NCBI GenBank assembly: GCA_000002445.1
Contig: CH464491.1
Span: 4,224,001 to 4,288,000 of the forward strand
Source: Trypanosoma brucei
Lineage: Eukaryota
Reading direction: 5' to 3'
Length of the DNA: 64,000 bases
Shown here piece after piece: positions 39,792-50,401 of this stretch. Within the stretch, counting starts at the first letter, position 1. Each line of letters begins with the position of its first letter. The position numbers were made by a program, and so were the translations under genes. The notes under the pieces were generated by a model, which made no database searches, was not told where the DNA came from, and was given only the letters and a program-made list of their open reading frames with translations.

Positions 39792-40868
39792 TTATGCAAC
39801 ATTGCACGTCGTCACAAATCCCATAGTGTCGCCAACAACGAGTCGGCTGCCACCAATAACAACACCGCAGTTCACGGAGGCCATTTGGCCCGTCGCCTCC
39901 CGCACACTTCCACTCGTATCCAGAGGGGGCGGATCGCCCTCTTCAACATCACCCACACTCTCTTCCATCTCCAGCTCTAAGAGTGGAAGTACATCCCAAG
40001 CGGATACCTCACCACAAACTGAGCACGTCACCAAACGAGGTCGTGGGGTTCCCGTCCAACCGATCACCGACAAATTATTGTGAGCGTGTCCGGGAGAGGC
40101 GAAAATTTCCATTATGGAGTCACCGTCCTCAGTGGCCGTGGCAATGGAATACATCCCGTTTGCCCGACCAATCGCCACGTAGCTTTCCATAAAAGAACAG
40201 GTCGTCAGAAGCGGTGGGTTTATCACCTCTCCACTCGACGGAACCAGCCAGTCGTCACCCAATAAGTTAAATTCTCCCTCCTGACGATTCGGTGAGGAAA
40301 AAATAGCACCCCCACCATCCATTCCAATGGCACAGAGCAACGGCGCAACGTCCTGCTGCTGTCTCTTAACAAACCCAAGACCACAACACCAGTTCGAGAG
40401 CGAACCAAACGAAGGCGCATCAATAGTTTGTCCTCCACCCGAAAAACATGCCGGAAGGTGCGCAGTCGGGGAGCACTCGAGCAGACTAAATGGCGTTATG
40501 GCACCATCCTCGTCAACCACAAGTGTCGTGGTCTCACGTTGTGGGTGGGTGCCCCCCAAAAATGTGGCGAGCTCACACGTGTGCCTATACGAACAAAGTT
40601 TTGCGTGCCGGCGTAAGTCGTAGCTGGTAATCCACTCACCCGCCAGAACAAGTGCCATGTGCACATCTGCCGCCAGAAGTAACTCTGTCGCATCCCCCTC
40701 AGCTGCTACCGTGGGTCCGGCCTCAACACGAGCGTAATCTTTCTGCTTCAAACGCGTGTCCCAGAGAGTCACGGCGCCTACGGTGTCGAGCGACCCAAAA
40801 GTAGTTGGGCATGTTGAGGAGGCGGCAATTGACATCACGGCGTGTCTGCCACGCCCAACCACCTCCAT
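39792..40868 (-). CDS. Conserved hypothetical protein, 358 aa (possible beta-propeller/WD-like)
   Basis: Uninterrupted ORF in line with neighbours. Beta-strand-rich sequence with W-D-like segments (AVTLWDTRLKQ, VSAWDV). No clear catalytic motif. Confidence 0.4.
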   Translation of the reverse strand: MEVVGRGRHAVMSIAASSTCPTTFGSLDTVGAVTLWDTRLKQKDYARVEAGPTVAAEGDATELLLAADVHMALVLAGEWITSYDLRRHAKLCSYRHTCELATFLGGTHPQRETTTLVVDEDGAITPFSLLECSPTAHLPACFSGGGQTIDAPSFGSLSNWCCGLGFVKRQQQDVAPLLCAIGMDGGGAIFSSPNRQEGEFNLLGDDWLVPSSGEVINPPLLTTCSFMESYVAIGRANGMYSIATATEDGDSIMEIFASPGHAHNNLSVIGWTGTPRPRLVTCSVCGEVSAWDVLPLLELEMEESVGDVEEGDPPPLDTSGSVREATGQMASVNCGVVIGGSRLVVGDTMGFVTTCNVA

Positions 40869-41934
40869 CAGCTCTGCCTCCGGTGACGTACTGCGTGGAC
40901 AAAGAGTTCACAAAAGAAGTTGATGGTTAAGACAAGCACAAGCGATGACAAAGTTGGAAATATAGATAGATCAAAAACGGTAACAGCAATAGTAAAGGGT
41001 ATTTCAAAGAAATCGCAAGTGATCCCGAGTCTGGGTGCGAAAGGAAAAAAAAATGCTAAGCCACTTGGAGAATGAGGAAGAGCAGATTTTGTACACGATG
41101 TGTTGTGCCGACAATTTGCAAAGTAAATGGTAACCACCCACCAGATAATGGAGTTTAAAAGAGAGAAAACAAACGAAGAATATCACTACAAAAAAAAAAA
41201 AAACAGTGCAGTTGTCAAGGCGTGTTCCGCGAAAAGGTAGAGGTAAACTGCGCGGTGTGGGGAAGTGTAGGAACAATGCCCGGTAGCATGAACCGTTAGG
41301 TTGTAACTTCCCCTCTCATACTGTTTCAGTTGTATGACCCACAGTTCCCCTCGTGTTTGTCGCTCATTGTGTGACAGTTTTCTTTTTTTCCCCCTTCTCC
41401 TTTCCCCCGTGACATCGGCGAACGCTCAAGGAATGTGGTCAGTCAAACAAAAAAGTTATAAACATTGATACTAAATGATAGAGTGAATGGGCTCGCGTTT
41501 CGGTATACGATGAGATTAGAAAGAATATAAGGAGAAAACAAATAAACAGTAAAAACCAGGAAAAAGTACTCTGTACGCCACAAACCCCCGATACCGCAAA
41601 AAAAAAATATTGGTTATCGTTATAATTATTTTCACTTCTGGGAATGGTAAGGAACAAAACAAAAAATCAAAACAAGGATGAACGACATTAAAAAGGAAAA
41701 AAAAATAACCTGTCAAAAGCAAGCCAACTATGGAAAGTCCCCCACTATTATCATAAGTACAAACATCCACAAAAAAGAGAGAGGTGAAGAATGGACCGCA
41801 ATTCACAAGACGTAACGGTTACCTCACACCCAAATTTCAAAAAGCTCACAACAACGGAAATAGAAGCAGGCAATTTAGAAGTGAGAAGCCACTGCTCACC
41901 TCAACCCAGTCCAATAGCGAAGAGTTGGAATTGC

Positions 41935-41971
<37 letters not shown>
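41935..41971. repeat. (CA)8(TA)10 compound microsatellite
   Basis: cacacacacacacaca tatatatatatatatatatat read directly, just downstream of the myosin stop. Confidence 0.9.
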
Positions 41972-41995
41972 TTCCCTTCCCCTCTTTTTTGGTTC

Positions 41996-44900
41996 CTACG
42001 TAACGTTGTTAAAAAGGCTACGCGCGGCCTCATCTACACTTCCATTCGTGCTTCGAAGAGCATTCTTCGCCTTCTCCTTTGAGACGCCAAGTTTCACTAA
42101 CTGCTGCACTTCCGCATCGAAGGACGTCCAACGACCCTTCTCCCCCTTTGGTGGTTTCTCCCTGAGCCGCTCACCCACGTCCTCGCGAAGCAACCGCGCA
42201 GCCGCCTTTTCCACGTCACCACTGTAATGCGTGAGTACAGGCACGACATGACTCCGGGGAAACCCCAAGTCCATCAGATCTCGTATTTTTGTCGTGTAGT
42301 CCGCCGCGGCATGTGCACTATGTTTCGCCTCTAACAGGATAGCACTCAATTGAGTGACGCCAATGCTATCTCGCAATCGATCCAACCTTACACGGGCGGA
42401 TTCTTCCTTCAACAAATGTCGTCTCACAGAGGCAAGTTCTGTTTCCGTCACCCCGTAGCCCCGCAAGACCATCTCGTCACAGCCCGCTAGTCTGTAAAGG
42501 GTGTTAATGCCATTGCGCAGAAACTTCTCAATGATCTGCTGCCGCATGCCGGCCTCATCCATCACACGCGTGAAGGAGAGCGGCAGAGATCCATCAAACC
42601 GCTGCCGTTGCATTTCAAGCAACGCCTTTAGTGATTCCTCACGCTTCGGTAGGAACAGCACGACGTCTCGTATTGTCACTACGCCAATAGACGGAAACAG
42701 AGCAGACAACTCCTCTATCCAATCCATCAGTTCCCTGTTCGTAGCATTTACAGACATCTGCGCCACGCGCCGCGCCTGCTCCTTTCGTTCCAGCTTCAGC
42801 TCCGCTTGACGGCGCTCTTCCACCCGACGTTTCGACTCACGATAAACATAAACCCACCGTCGAAGGAGAGGGACGCACCGACGTAAAAGACAACCCTTTC
42901 GGCGCAGCAGCAACCTCTCAAGTGAAGCCCACACTTCCGCACGGAGAAAGACTTTGGTACGGCCCACAGCGAAATTGGGGGTTGCCCAGTCGTAGAGCTT
43001 TTGATAGACCGCGAGCATAGTCTTCGCCGCTTCTTCAATGCAATGACGCTTGTACAACTCTGCTGGTGACCGCGGCATAATGAGAAAGAAGTACCTGCAA
43101 AAGTCGTGAATGGAGCGGCGCACTGGGTATCCCTGCCGTTTTAGTTTAATGGTCTGCAACAAAGACGTCGATTCCAGTTGATTCGAAACGAGAACGTTTT
43201 CAAACAGGTGTGGACTTGCAGACATGTTGGGTTTAATGCAACGAACGAATTGGGTTTCCGTCAACTCCAACTCCTCTCTCAGTGCAGTTAGTTGATTTTG
43301 AAAACGCAGCCCCACCGTATGTTTTCGATCATTGAGCACTGGGCCGTCAGAAAACAGGGAGCGAATGAACGCATCCGCAGAGTTGCTTACAGTCTGGTAT
43401 ACCTCATGCTTGATGCCATCTGTATTCTTCTCCAGCCAATCCCCTGTGGTGTAGTTCACGAAAGAGGCATAGTGCCTAACACCAAATTGGTTCGGAACGG
43501 TGCTTTTGGGAAGCACAAAGAACGTGTTTAAGGTGCGCCAATGGTCCCATACATTTTGAGTGAAACGCTCCGAGGTTCCAGCTTTGTAGTTGCACTCATT
43601 GTCAAGCAAGGCGAATATACCAAACCTCTTTTGTTCAAACATACCGATGCACTCCGTGTTGTCAGGAAAAGCCACTTCCGGGATACTCACGCCTTCGCTC
43701 TTACACTCTGCCTCGTCATTGAGGAAGGTATATTTGTTATAGTGGTTCTGTAACACATCGTTGGCGTAATTGATGCACAACTGTTCGAAACCATTGGTGG
43801 AAAAATTCTCAAAACCGAAGATGTCAAGAAGCCCAATGTACTTACACTCATTTGTGCTCTCCTGTGGCGCAATTGATGCGTTTACAAGCTTCACGAGGAG
43901 ATCAAACAGCCCAACGTAAATAGCCTTACAAAAGGCTCCACAAAAACCTTCAGCCTCCCTCTTGTTGGCATGAATTGTCACGATGCTCGTACTACTTTTC
44001 ACGAGAAAACACTCACGCAAGAGCTTGGGGTCCACCTGGAGAAGTCCACAGGCTGCTAGAAACGGGCCCTCATCCACTATGCATGCCTTATCATTTTGGT
44101 CTGACGTAAACTCCAATTCCAACAGATGCAAAATGGCCGCAAGTATCTTAAACATGCTTCTCGAAGTATTGTTAGCAATGCCAAGATTAGTGAGCGCCTT
44201 CCGTACTTTACTGAACTCCTCGGCGTCATTCAATGTTTCACCGTCCACACCACGGCGGTCAAATGTGTTGCCAACTCTGAGACATTTGTAGTCAGCCGAT
44301 GTTTTCAAACCACCAAGCTCTGCCTTTTCCTCCGGAGAAAGTCCGGCGAGCATTTCGTAGAAAATGTGGTAATTCCGCTCACCACTAGCCTGTCGAACAA
44401 TGCGGCTCTTTTCCAATAGGTACGTGGACACCTTACCACCCACCATGACTCCGGAGACACTGTCGAAGTAGAGTTTGATGTACTTGCCGAAACGTGATGA
44501 GTTGTGGTTGCGCAAAGTGCGAGCATTGCCAAATGATTCCAGCACGGGATTGCTCCACTCAAGGCTGTCGGAAACTTTATCCGCAACCCGACGTTGCATA
44601 GGGTTACCACTACGCTGATGACTCATCTGGCCGAGGTAGCCGACCAACATTTTGGTCGTCTCCGTCTTGCCACTGCCGGATTCACCGGAGATAACAACAG
44701 ATTGGTTTCTGAGACCTCGTACAATTATTTGAACGTACGCTCTGTGCGCCACTTGCCACACGTGAGGAGGAAGTAGACGCTGGTTCGGTGAAGTGAGGTA
44801 TTTTTCACGGTTTTTGTCAGTGTTAAATGGCATAGGTTGAAATGGATTAACACTAAGCACAACCTCACCCAACAACGAATACTGCAAGTGCAGCTCCTCG

Positions 44901-45175
44901 AAACGCTGTTTGATGCAATGCAGCGCAGGTGCTACGTGGAGGTCGTTCAGATGAAACAAATCGGGATTCTCCGCGTCAAAGGCTTGTGGAATATAGCCGT
45001 GCACCCTCGTGAGTGGGATGGTCTCAACATTCCCACTCGCGGCATCTTCCACTTGCACCTTTCCACTCCCCTCCGGAACCGCCTTTACGACACCGCGGAT
45101 CCACCCCTTCTGTTGCTGCTGGAAATACACCTGCTGCCCCACAACTACGCGTTCGACTTTTTGCTCCGTGGTCAT
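41996..45175 (-). CDS. Myo21: Myosin heavy chain, kinetoplastid Myo21-type: N-terminal SH3-like segment, motor domain, C-terminal tandem UBA-like domains (1059 aa)
   Basis: P-loop GESGSGKTETTK, switch I NSSRFGKYIKL, switch II LDIFGFENF, LLEKSRIV. The tail contains two UBA-like helices (LMDLGFPRSHVVPVLTHYSGDVEKAAARLL and LVKLGVSKEKAKNALRSTNGSVDEAARSLF). Length and tail match kinetoplastid class XXI myosin. Confidence 0.85.
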   Translation of the reverse strand: MTTEQKVERVVVGQQVYFQQQQKGWIRGVVKAVPEGSGKVQVEDAASGNVETIPLTRVHGYIPQAFDAENPDLFHLNDLHVAPALHCIKQRFEELHLQYSLLGEVVLSVNPFQPMPFNTDKNREKYLTSPNQRLLPPHVWQVAHRAYVQIIVRGLRNQSVVISGESGSGKTETTKMLVGYLGQMSHQRSGNPMQRRVADKVSDSLEWSNPVLESFGNARTLRNHNSSRFGKYIKLYFDSVSGVMVGGKVSTYLLEKSRIVRQASGERNYHIFYEMLAGLSPEEKAELGGLKTSADYKCLRVGNTFDRRGVDGETLNDAEEFSKVRKALTNLGIANNTSRSMFKILAAILHLLELEFTSDQNDKACIVDEGPFLAACGLLQVDPKLLRECFLVKSSTSIVTIHANKREAEGFCGAFCKAIYVGLFDLLVKLVNASIAPQESTNECKYIGLLDIFGFENFSTNGFEQLCINYANDVLQNHYNKYTFLNDEAECKSEGVSIPEVAFPDNTECIGMFEQKRFGIFALLDNECNYKAGTSERFTQNVWDHWRTLNTFFVLPKSTVPNQFGVRHYASFVNYTTGDWLEKNTDGIKHEVYQTVSNSADAFIRSLFSDGPVLNDRKHTVGLRFQNQLTALREELELTETQFVRCIKPNMSASPHLFENVLVSNQLESTSLLQTIKLKRQGYPVRRSIHDFCRYFFLIMPRSPAELYKRHCIEEAAKTMLAVYQKLYDWATPNFAVGRTKVFLRAEVWASLERLLLRRKGCLLRRCVPLLRRWVYVYRESKRRVEERRQAELKLERKEQARRVAQMSVNATNRELMDWIEELSALFPSIGVVTIRDVVLFLPKREESLKALLEMQRQRFDGSLPLSFTRVMDEAGMRQQIIEKFLRNGINTLYRLAGCDEMVLRGYGVTETELASVRRHLLKEESARVRLDRLRDSIGVTQLSAILLEAKHSAHAAADYTTKIRDLMDLGFPRSHVVPVLTHYSGDVEKAAARLLREDVGERLREKPPKGEKGRWTSFDAEVQQLVKLGVSKEKAKNALRSTNGSVDEAARSLFNNVT

Positions 45176-46038
45176 ATCAAAACAAGTGGATAAGTTGTCC
45201 CCAATTAAACTATATTTTCCCTTCCCCGCTCTGACTCCACTTGAAATATGACGAACTACAGCAATGAACAGGCACTATAAGCCTCGTCGATCACAACCCC
45301 CTTTTGTACCTTCAGCTCTTCCGACAGCACTGTCTTCGGTAGTTCAGCGCACTATTTGTTAGCACACTCTTTCTTTTCCGACCTAATTCTTTCACAGTTC
45401 GCTCTGTGCAAATTCAGTTCGACGCTACTTGCGTGCTGTTGTTTTTGCTCGTGTCAGGAGAACAATATCAACCTTTCTTTCTTATTTGTGCCTTCCCTGT
45501 CGTATAACCATGTAATGGCGCCAGCAAGAAGAAAGCGTGAAAACAGCAAACAGTAATGCATTTTATTTATTTTATTTTTTTTTGCCCCCCATTCCAAAGG
45601 CATAAAACAATCACACGGATACAGCACGAATGGTAGAAAGTGAGGAACAGAAAAAAAAAGAAAGAAGGGTGTAGTAGCAGGTGAATGAAAAAAAAAACAT
45701 TTGTAGCAATCACGATAAAAGTAACTATAAAGGTGAACAACTAAAGCGCATAGACCATAGATGACTAATCAGCCAACAAACAAAACACCTAAATATATCT
45801 CATCCACACCCTCACAGCATGCAAAAAACAACGTCGGAAGAGGAAATATGTGCTAAGCCAGAAGGACTGACGCTCCTTTAGGGAGAAAAAAAAAGGTGAG
45901 CGGATTATCGACAGCTCAAACCTTTTTGCATGTGGTACCGCTCAATTTTCATAACGACAAGCACTGTTGCTGTGACCACTATTGCGCTTGTGTAAATGCG
46001 CGCGTGGATGCTGCGGAGGGAGTGGACAATACTGCAGA

Positions 46039-46554
46039 TCAGGTGTTTTTATAAATCTTCCCCTTGAAGAAGAGAGCAACGAGCGAGCCAATTGCAACAA
46101 TTGTTAAGAAAATGGGGAAGAAACAGAAAAGCTTCCTCGAGCTTGCATTGCGCTCAGAGGCTTCGGCAATCTGTTCCCTACCCGCAGCGACGCTGTCCAA
46201 CGCAGCAGTTACGTTAACCCTTACGGCGTCAAGGGGCTCCTGCTGCTGTTCCACTAGTAATGCAAAGTCCTCCGCCACCGCCCGCAAATCTTCTACGCCC
46301 TCTTTGATGGCCACAGCCTCCACTAGTTTCTCGCGCTGGATTTGTTCCTCCACACGCATTCCGCCCAAATCTACGTAGCGAAGCAGAGATTGTTTCACAT
46401 CATCCGTTTCTTCTGGGGGGGCGGACCTCCGGGGAATTGGTGGACGCCGGCCCCCTTCGCCGCCACCTGCCAATGAGCGATACTCCGACCGCTGTGAATT
46501 CATTACTGCTTGGCGTACTAATTTAACGCTGCCGCCACACAGTCGAATAGACAC
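46039..46554 (-). CDS. Syntaxin-like Qa-SNARE, tail-anchored, 171 aa (no Habc domain in this ORF)
   Basis: The SNARE motif FALLVEQQQEPLDAVRVNVTAALDSVAAGREQIAE aligns to the syntaxin H3 pattern ([27 protein letters not shown]) with the zero-layer Gln. The C-terminal TM anchor is KLFCFFPIFLTIVAIGSLVALFF. Confidence 0.6.
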   Translation of the reverse strand: MSIRLCGGSVKLVRQAVMNSQRSEYRSLAGGGEGGRRPPIPRRSAPPEETDDVKQSLLRYVDLGGMRVEEQIQREKLVEAVAIKEGVEDLRAVAEDFALLVEQQQEPLDAVRVNVTAALDSVAAGREQIAEASERNASSRKLFCFFPIFLTIVAIGSLVALFFKGKIYKNT

Positions 46555-47150
46555 AAAAGACGATGAGGGAAGAACTCGGTACGAACTTTACACTAAGTAC
46601 TATGATGTCTACCGTTTTGTTTTCTTTCTCCTTTGATTGACAGGCACGTTATATACCTAGTGGGGCTTTCCACAGAGCGACAGCGTGCTGGTACCAAGCA
46701 CAACAAGTGCAATAGGCAGGGAAGCCATAAAAGTGGTAGACCACCAAAAGAGAGGAAAAAAATAAAGTAAATTACTGGAAGAGAGCATAAGCGGAAGGTG
46801 GGGCAACAGAAGGGAGTGAATACGCGATCCTACGCTTATTCAACTCAGCGAGAACTAAATCAAGGGAAGAAGGACGTAAAAACGTATGGCAGAAACTAAT
46901 CCGTAGCAATGCCGAAGGCAATGGAGCGCCGTCGACTGCAGATTCCACCTGTAAAGATACGGTGACTCATAGGTCACCAATAATCAGTGGCTAACAATAG
47001 CCGGCAATGAGTGAGAGAATTTGGCCACATTCTTACAACGTGATAACCTCCCTCCCGCGGGTGCGCATCGTTCCAATTAATTCCCCGCCTCACTCAAGAT
47101 TTGTATCCCTTGGCGTGTAGTATTAGAGACATCCAGAGAGACATGGTACG

Positions 47151-49985
47151 TTACTGTGCTGTTTCTTTCTGCTGCAGGGCCCTGAAGTATGCAGCGTCTG
47201 CTTCCGTGTCTTGCTCATGCCGCTGCCTTACTGCTTCGAGCCACTTGGTGAGGCCCAGCTGTTGCTGCTTAACTGCCATAGCATCTTTCTGCTTACTTAG
47301 CCGAAGCGAAGTTGCTGATGCGCACAGAAGCCGCGCATGCCTCACACGCACAGAGGCAAGAAGTTCCGCTGTTGGTAGCGGGATAGGGATGCTGTAAGCC
47401 ACACGATCGCGACTTAGCTCCTCCTCCATTACCTCTGGCATTTGCCGCTGCCGGTGAAAGGCTTCCTCATCATTGCGGATGGCCAGCTCATCGCTTTTTA
47501 CCGCAATGGTATCACGCACTCGCTGTTCCAGTTGCTGCAACGCAGCGGCATCCAGCGAGTTCTCTGCCTCCAGCAGTTCGTCAGCTGCGGTGAATACAAA
47601 CGGAATGATTACCACCACATCCCCGTCGTCGCCATTCCGTGCTGAATGGGCGTATGCGGTGTTGATACCGCTGGGGGTCGGCGCACTGCCTGGACTACGT
47701 TTCCCTGACCTCAAATGTGGTCTGGCTCGCACAGTGACCAGCTGTTTCCGCTGACGGAGCACTGCACAGGGGCCGTATCGATCTGCAAAACTCACAGGTG
47801 GATTGACAACACCCAGTAGTGTGAAGGGAGTGTCTTTGGCCACCGGCACCGATGATATAACAGCGCTCCGAAGGTCCGTATCGAGCACATGCTGAAGGAT
47901 GGCACCAAAAGCCTGCACGTCATATGGATGTACCACTTGACGTGAAGGATCCAGTACCAAAACTTCTTTACCCTTCGAATAACCTTCCATTGACTCAAGC
48001 GCAGTGACAGGTACGGTGAGGCTCACAACCTCGATGGACGCACGCAGATGACCTGGATGAGATGATGAATGCTCCAAACGGAGCCTTTTGGGGGGTGAAG
48101 GGTTGTCGTTTATTGTATCATTCACCTGGGTTTCGTCGGTTTGGCTGCTAATGGAGGGGATTCGACACTCCACAATGACAGTTTCCGGTGACGCCGGGTT
48201 AACTGCAGTCACCTGCACAATTTTGTCGGAGATGAGAGTGTCTCCAAACGGAACGGGAACGGCGAGATAAAACTGGCTCCCCACCATTTTGAAGGCCGTT
48301 TCAAAAGCTTCGCCAGAGGCCGTTGAACCCGCATCCCCTCTCTCTTTTCCGTGGCCATTGTAGGTGAGGAGAAGTGTGGCGGCCTGCTGCGTTATAGCAC
48401 TCGTAAGAGCGCGGAGAAGCTGTACACCACCGTCCGCCACCAAAACATGCTTGCCGTCCCGCAAGCGAATGAGGTTACGCACCTCACTGAGATCGTCTAT
48501 ATCCACGTGACGACTAATAAACGTACCGTACGCCCCGTCCATTGATGAGTAAAAGTCCGTCGCTTCGTAGTCAACGAACTCAACTCCAGGAAAGTCCGTT
48601 TCCGCGCAAAGTGGCTTGATTACTTTTGTCACATCACAGATGGTCACGCGGCTACCCACAAGGAATAACCCCTGTGACGAAGCCTTCCGCTGCTGATGTG
48701 CACTGCGCTGCACCTCCCTCTTCATACGCTGTTTTGCCTCCTCCGTCTGAATCAAAAGATCACCGAGTACCTTCGCTCGTACCTCACGCTCCAGCCTAAT
48801 ACACGCGGCGCACAGCAACGTTTTATTCTCTAAGCTATGGCCGCAACGCGTTGCCTCAGAGCAGGTGGTGCTGAGCGGGCCGAGACACCGGCAGCACTCC
48901 GTAGGGTACTCAACAGCGCAGGGGAGAAAAGCATCTGCACAACTGCCTTTAAAAACGTGTCGGACCGTAGCGTAAATAGGTTGCAGCGTTGCCTGGTCAA
49001 GACCAATAATAACAGCATGTGAGCATGTAAGTGGCTTCTCGATAACCTCAAAGCAGTTGCACAACTCGCTACAGCTGTGTAAGCATTCATGGCCGCATGG
49101 CATGGCCGTCTGACAAGCATAGGGGCAATTGCTGTGGGATACGCGTGGATGGCACTGTTCCATGCACACATGTTCTTCTCTTTGACACACGAACGGCTTC
49201 AGGCAGAGCCGTCGGCAACCGCGAACAATCGGCACGATACCGTACTCCAGTTGCCGCTGGTCTGCATGACGGGAGCAACAGAGTGGAATACGAGGTCCCA
49301 TCAAGGATGGGAGCTGGGCATCTGCCGGTAGTTTGTCACCTTCATTGAAAGAAATGGATACCAACTCACCCTTTAGCTTCATCACAAGTGCTTTCCACTG
49401 CGGCCACTGAGTCGTAAAACGTGGCGTAGTCCAGCCTACATCGGTGACGAGTATAAAAGCCCCTCCTGCACCAGCAACTGCATCGGCGATGAACTGATCC
49501 TGCTGCATAGCCGCCTGCAAATGCTTTTTAGTGGGTGGCAGTGTTAAGAGGTATATGACTACTTCGTATTGATGTACCATCTTGTCCCTTTTATTCATTG
49601 CTGTGAGTTCATGTGGGGCCAGTAGTGTTGGGAGTGAAACATCATCGGATATACCAGATTGTGCATCATGCGCCCTACCTTGCAGTGCGTGCTTTAGCTG
49701 CGCTCCCAACTTTGTCTTCACGTCGCCTGGGACGATAATAGCCACTTGGGTCAAGTTAGCACCATTGTCATTGAACCAACAGACGAGGTTAACCGTTTTC
49801 TGGAGCTCTCGAGTGCTTCGCTCGCTCTCAACAGTCACTTGATGTGTCCAAAGCCACAAAGGCACCTGCAATCCCATAGACAGCGCTCGCGACCGCCCGG
49901 CATGGCCATTGTAAAAGAAAGCTGTAATGACCTTTTCCAGCGTGGAACTGAACGTGTTGGTTCTCTTTTCCATACCTGCGCCCAA
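47151..49985 (-). CDS. Conserved hypothetical Cys-rich protein, 944 aa, with an NF-X1-like Cys/His cluster
   Basis: A dense array of Cys/His around CCSRHADQ..GCRRLCLKPFVCQREEHVCMEQCHPRVSHSNCPYACQTAMPCGHECLHSCSELCNCF..CCRCLGPLSTTCSEATRCGHSL..CAACIRLE. No P-loop found. Confidence 0.45.
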   Translation of the reverse strand: MGAGMEKRTNTFSSTLEKVITAFFYNGHAGRSRALSMGLQVPLWLWTHQVTVESERSTRELQKTVNLVCWFNDNGANLTQVAIIVPGDVKTKLGAQLKHALQGRAHDAQSGISDDVSLPTLLAPHELTAMNKRDKMVHQYEVVIYLLTLPPTKKHLQAAMQQDQFIADAVAGAGGAFILVTDVGWTTPRFTTQWPQWKALVMKLKGELVSISFNEGDKLPADAQLPSLMGPRIPLCCSRHADQRQLEYGIVPIVRGCRRLCLKPFVCQREEHVCMEQCHPRVSHSNCPYACQTAMPCGHECLHSCSELCNCFEVIEKPLTCSHAVIIGLDQATLQPIYATVRHVFKGSCADAFLPCAVEYPTECCRCLGPLSTTCSEATRCGHSLENKTLLCAACIRLEREVRAKVLGDLLIQTEEAKQRMKREVQRSAHQQRKASSQGLFLVGSRVTICDVTKVIKPLCAETDFPGVEFVDYEATDFYSSMDGAYGTFISRHVDIDDLSEVRNLIRLRDGKHVLVADGGVQLLRALTSAITQQAATLLLTYNGHGKERGDAGSTASGEAFETAFKMVGSQFYLAVPVPFGDTLISDKIVQVTAVNPASPETVIVECRIPSISSQTDETQVNDTINDNPSPPKRLRLEHSSSHPGHLRASIEVVSLTVPVTALESMEGYSKGKEVLVLDPSRQVVHPYDVQAFGAILQHVLDTDLRSAVISSVPVAKDTPFTLLGVVNPPVSFADRYGPCAVLRQRKQLVTVRARPHLRSGKRSPGSAPTPSGINTAYAHSARNGDDGDVVVIIPFVFTAADELLEAENSLDAAALQQLEQRVRDTIAVKSDELAIRNDEEAFHRQRQMPEVMEEELSRDRVAYSIPIPLPTAELLASVRVRHARLLCASATSLRLSKQKDAMAVKQQQLGLTKWLEAVRQRHEQDTEADAAYFRALQQKETAQ

Positions 49986-50384
49986 CCCACTACAACGCCT
50001 CTGCCTCTAGTCGAAAAGAACAAAATGTGTGCGTACATATATGTGTAGAAGACAGATAAGGGAAGATAACAGATGTTTCAGGGTAATAGAAACGGTAAAG
50101 AAGCGGTTTTTAAGTTGTTTCTTCAGCAAAAAAAAGAAGTTCAGAAAGTGAACAAAATAATAGCAATAGTGCGACATTCATTGACAGCGGTGGGAGCACC
50201 CAAGCACTTTTCCATTCATGCGATCCATGACGGTTTTTTATCCCTGAAGCACGCCTGAGTTTACGATCTTTGAGTGATGGGGCTTGGAGTAAGAAATTAT
50301 TACCTTTTATATTCGACATTACTGTACTACAGAAAAAAAACCTCTATGCATGCGCTGCTCACGCAACCACGTAATAGAAGAGAA

Positions 50385-50401
50385 ACACACACACACACAC
50401 A
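50385..50401. repeat. (AC)8 microsatellite
   Basis: acacacacacacacaca read directly. Confidence 0.9.
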
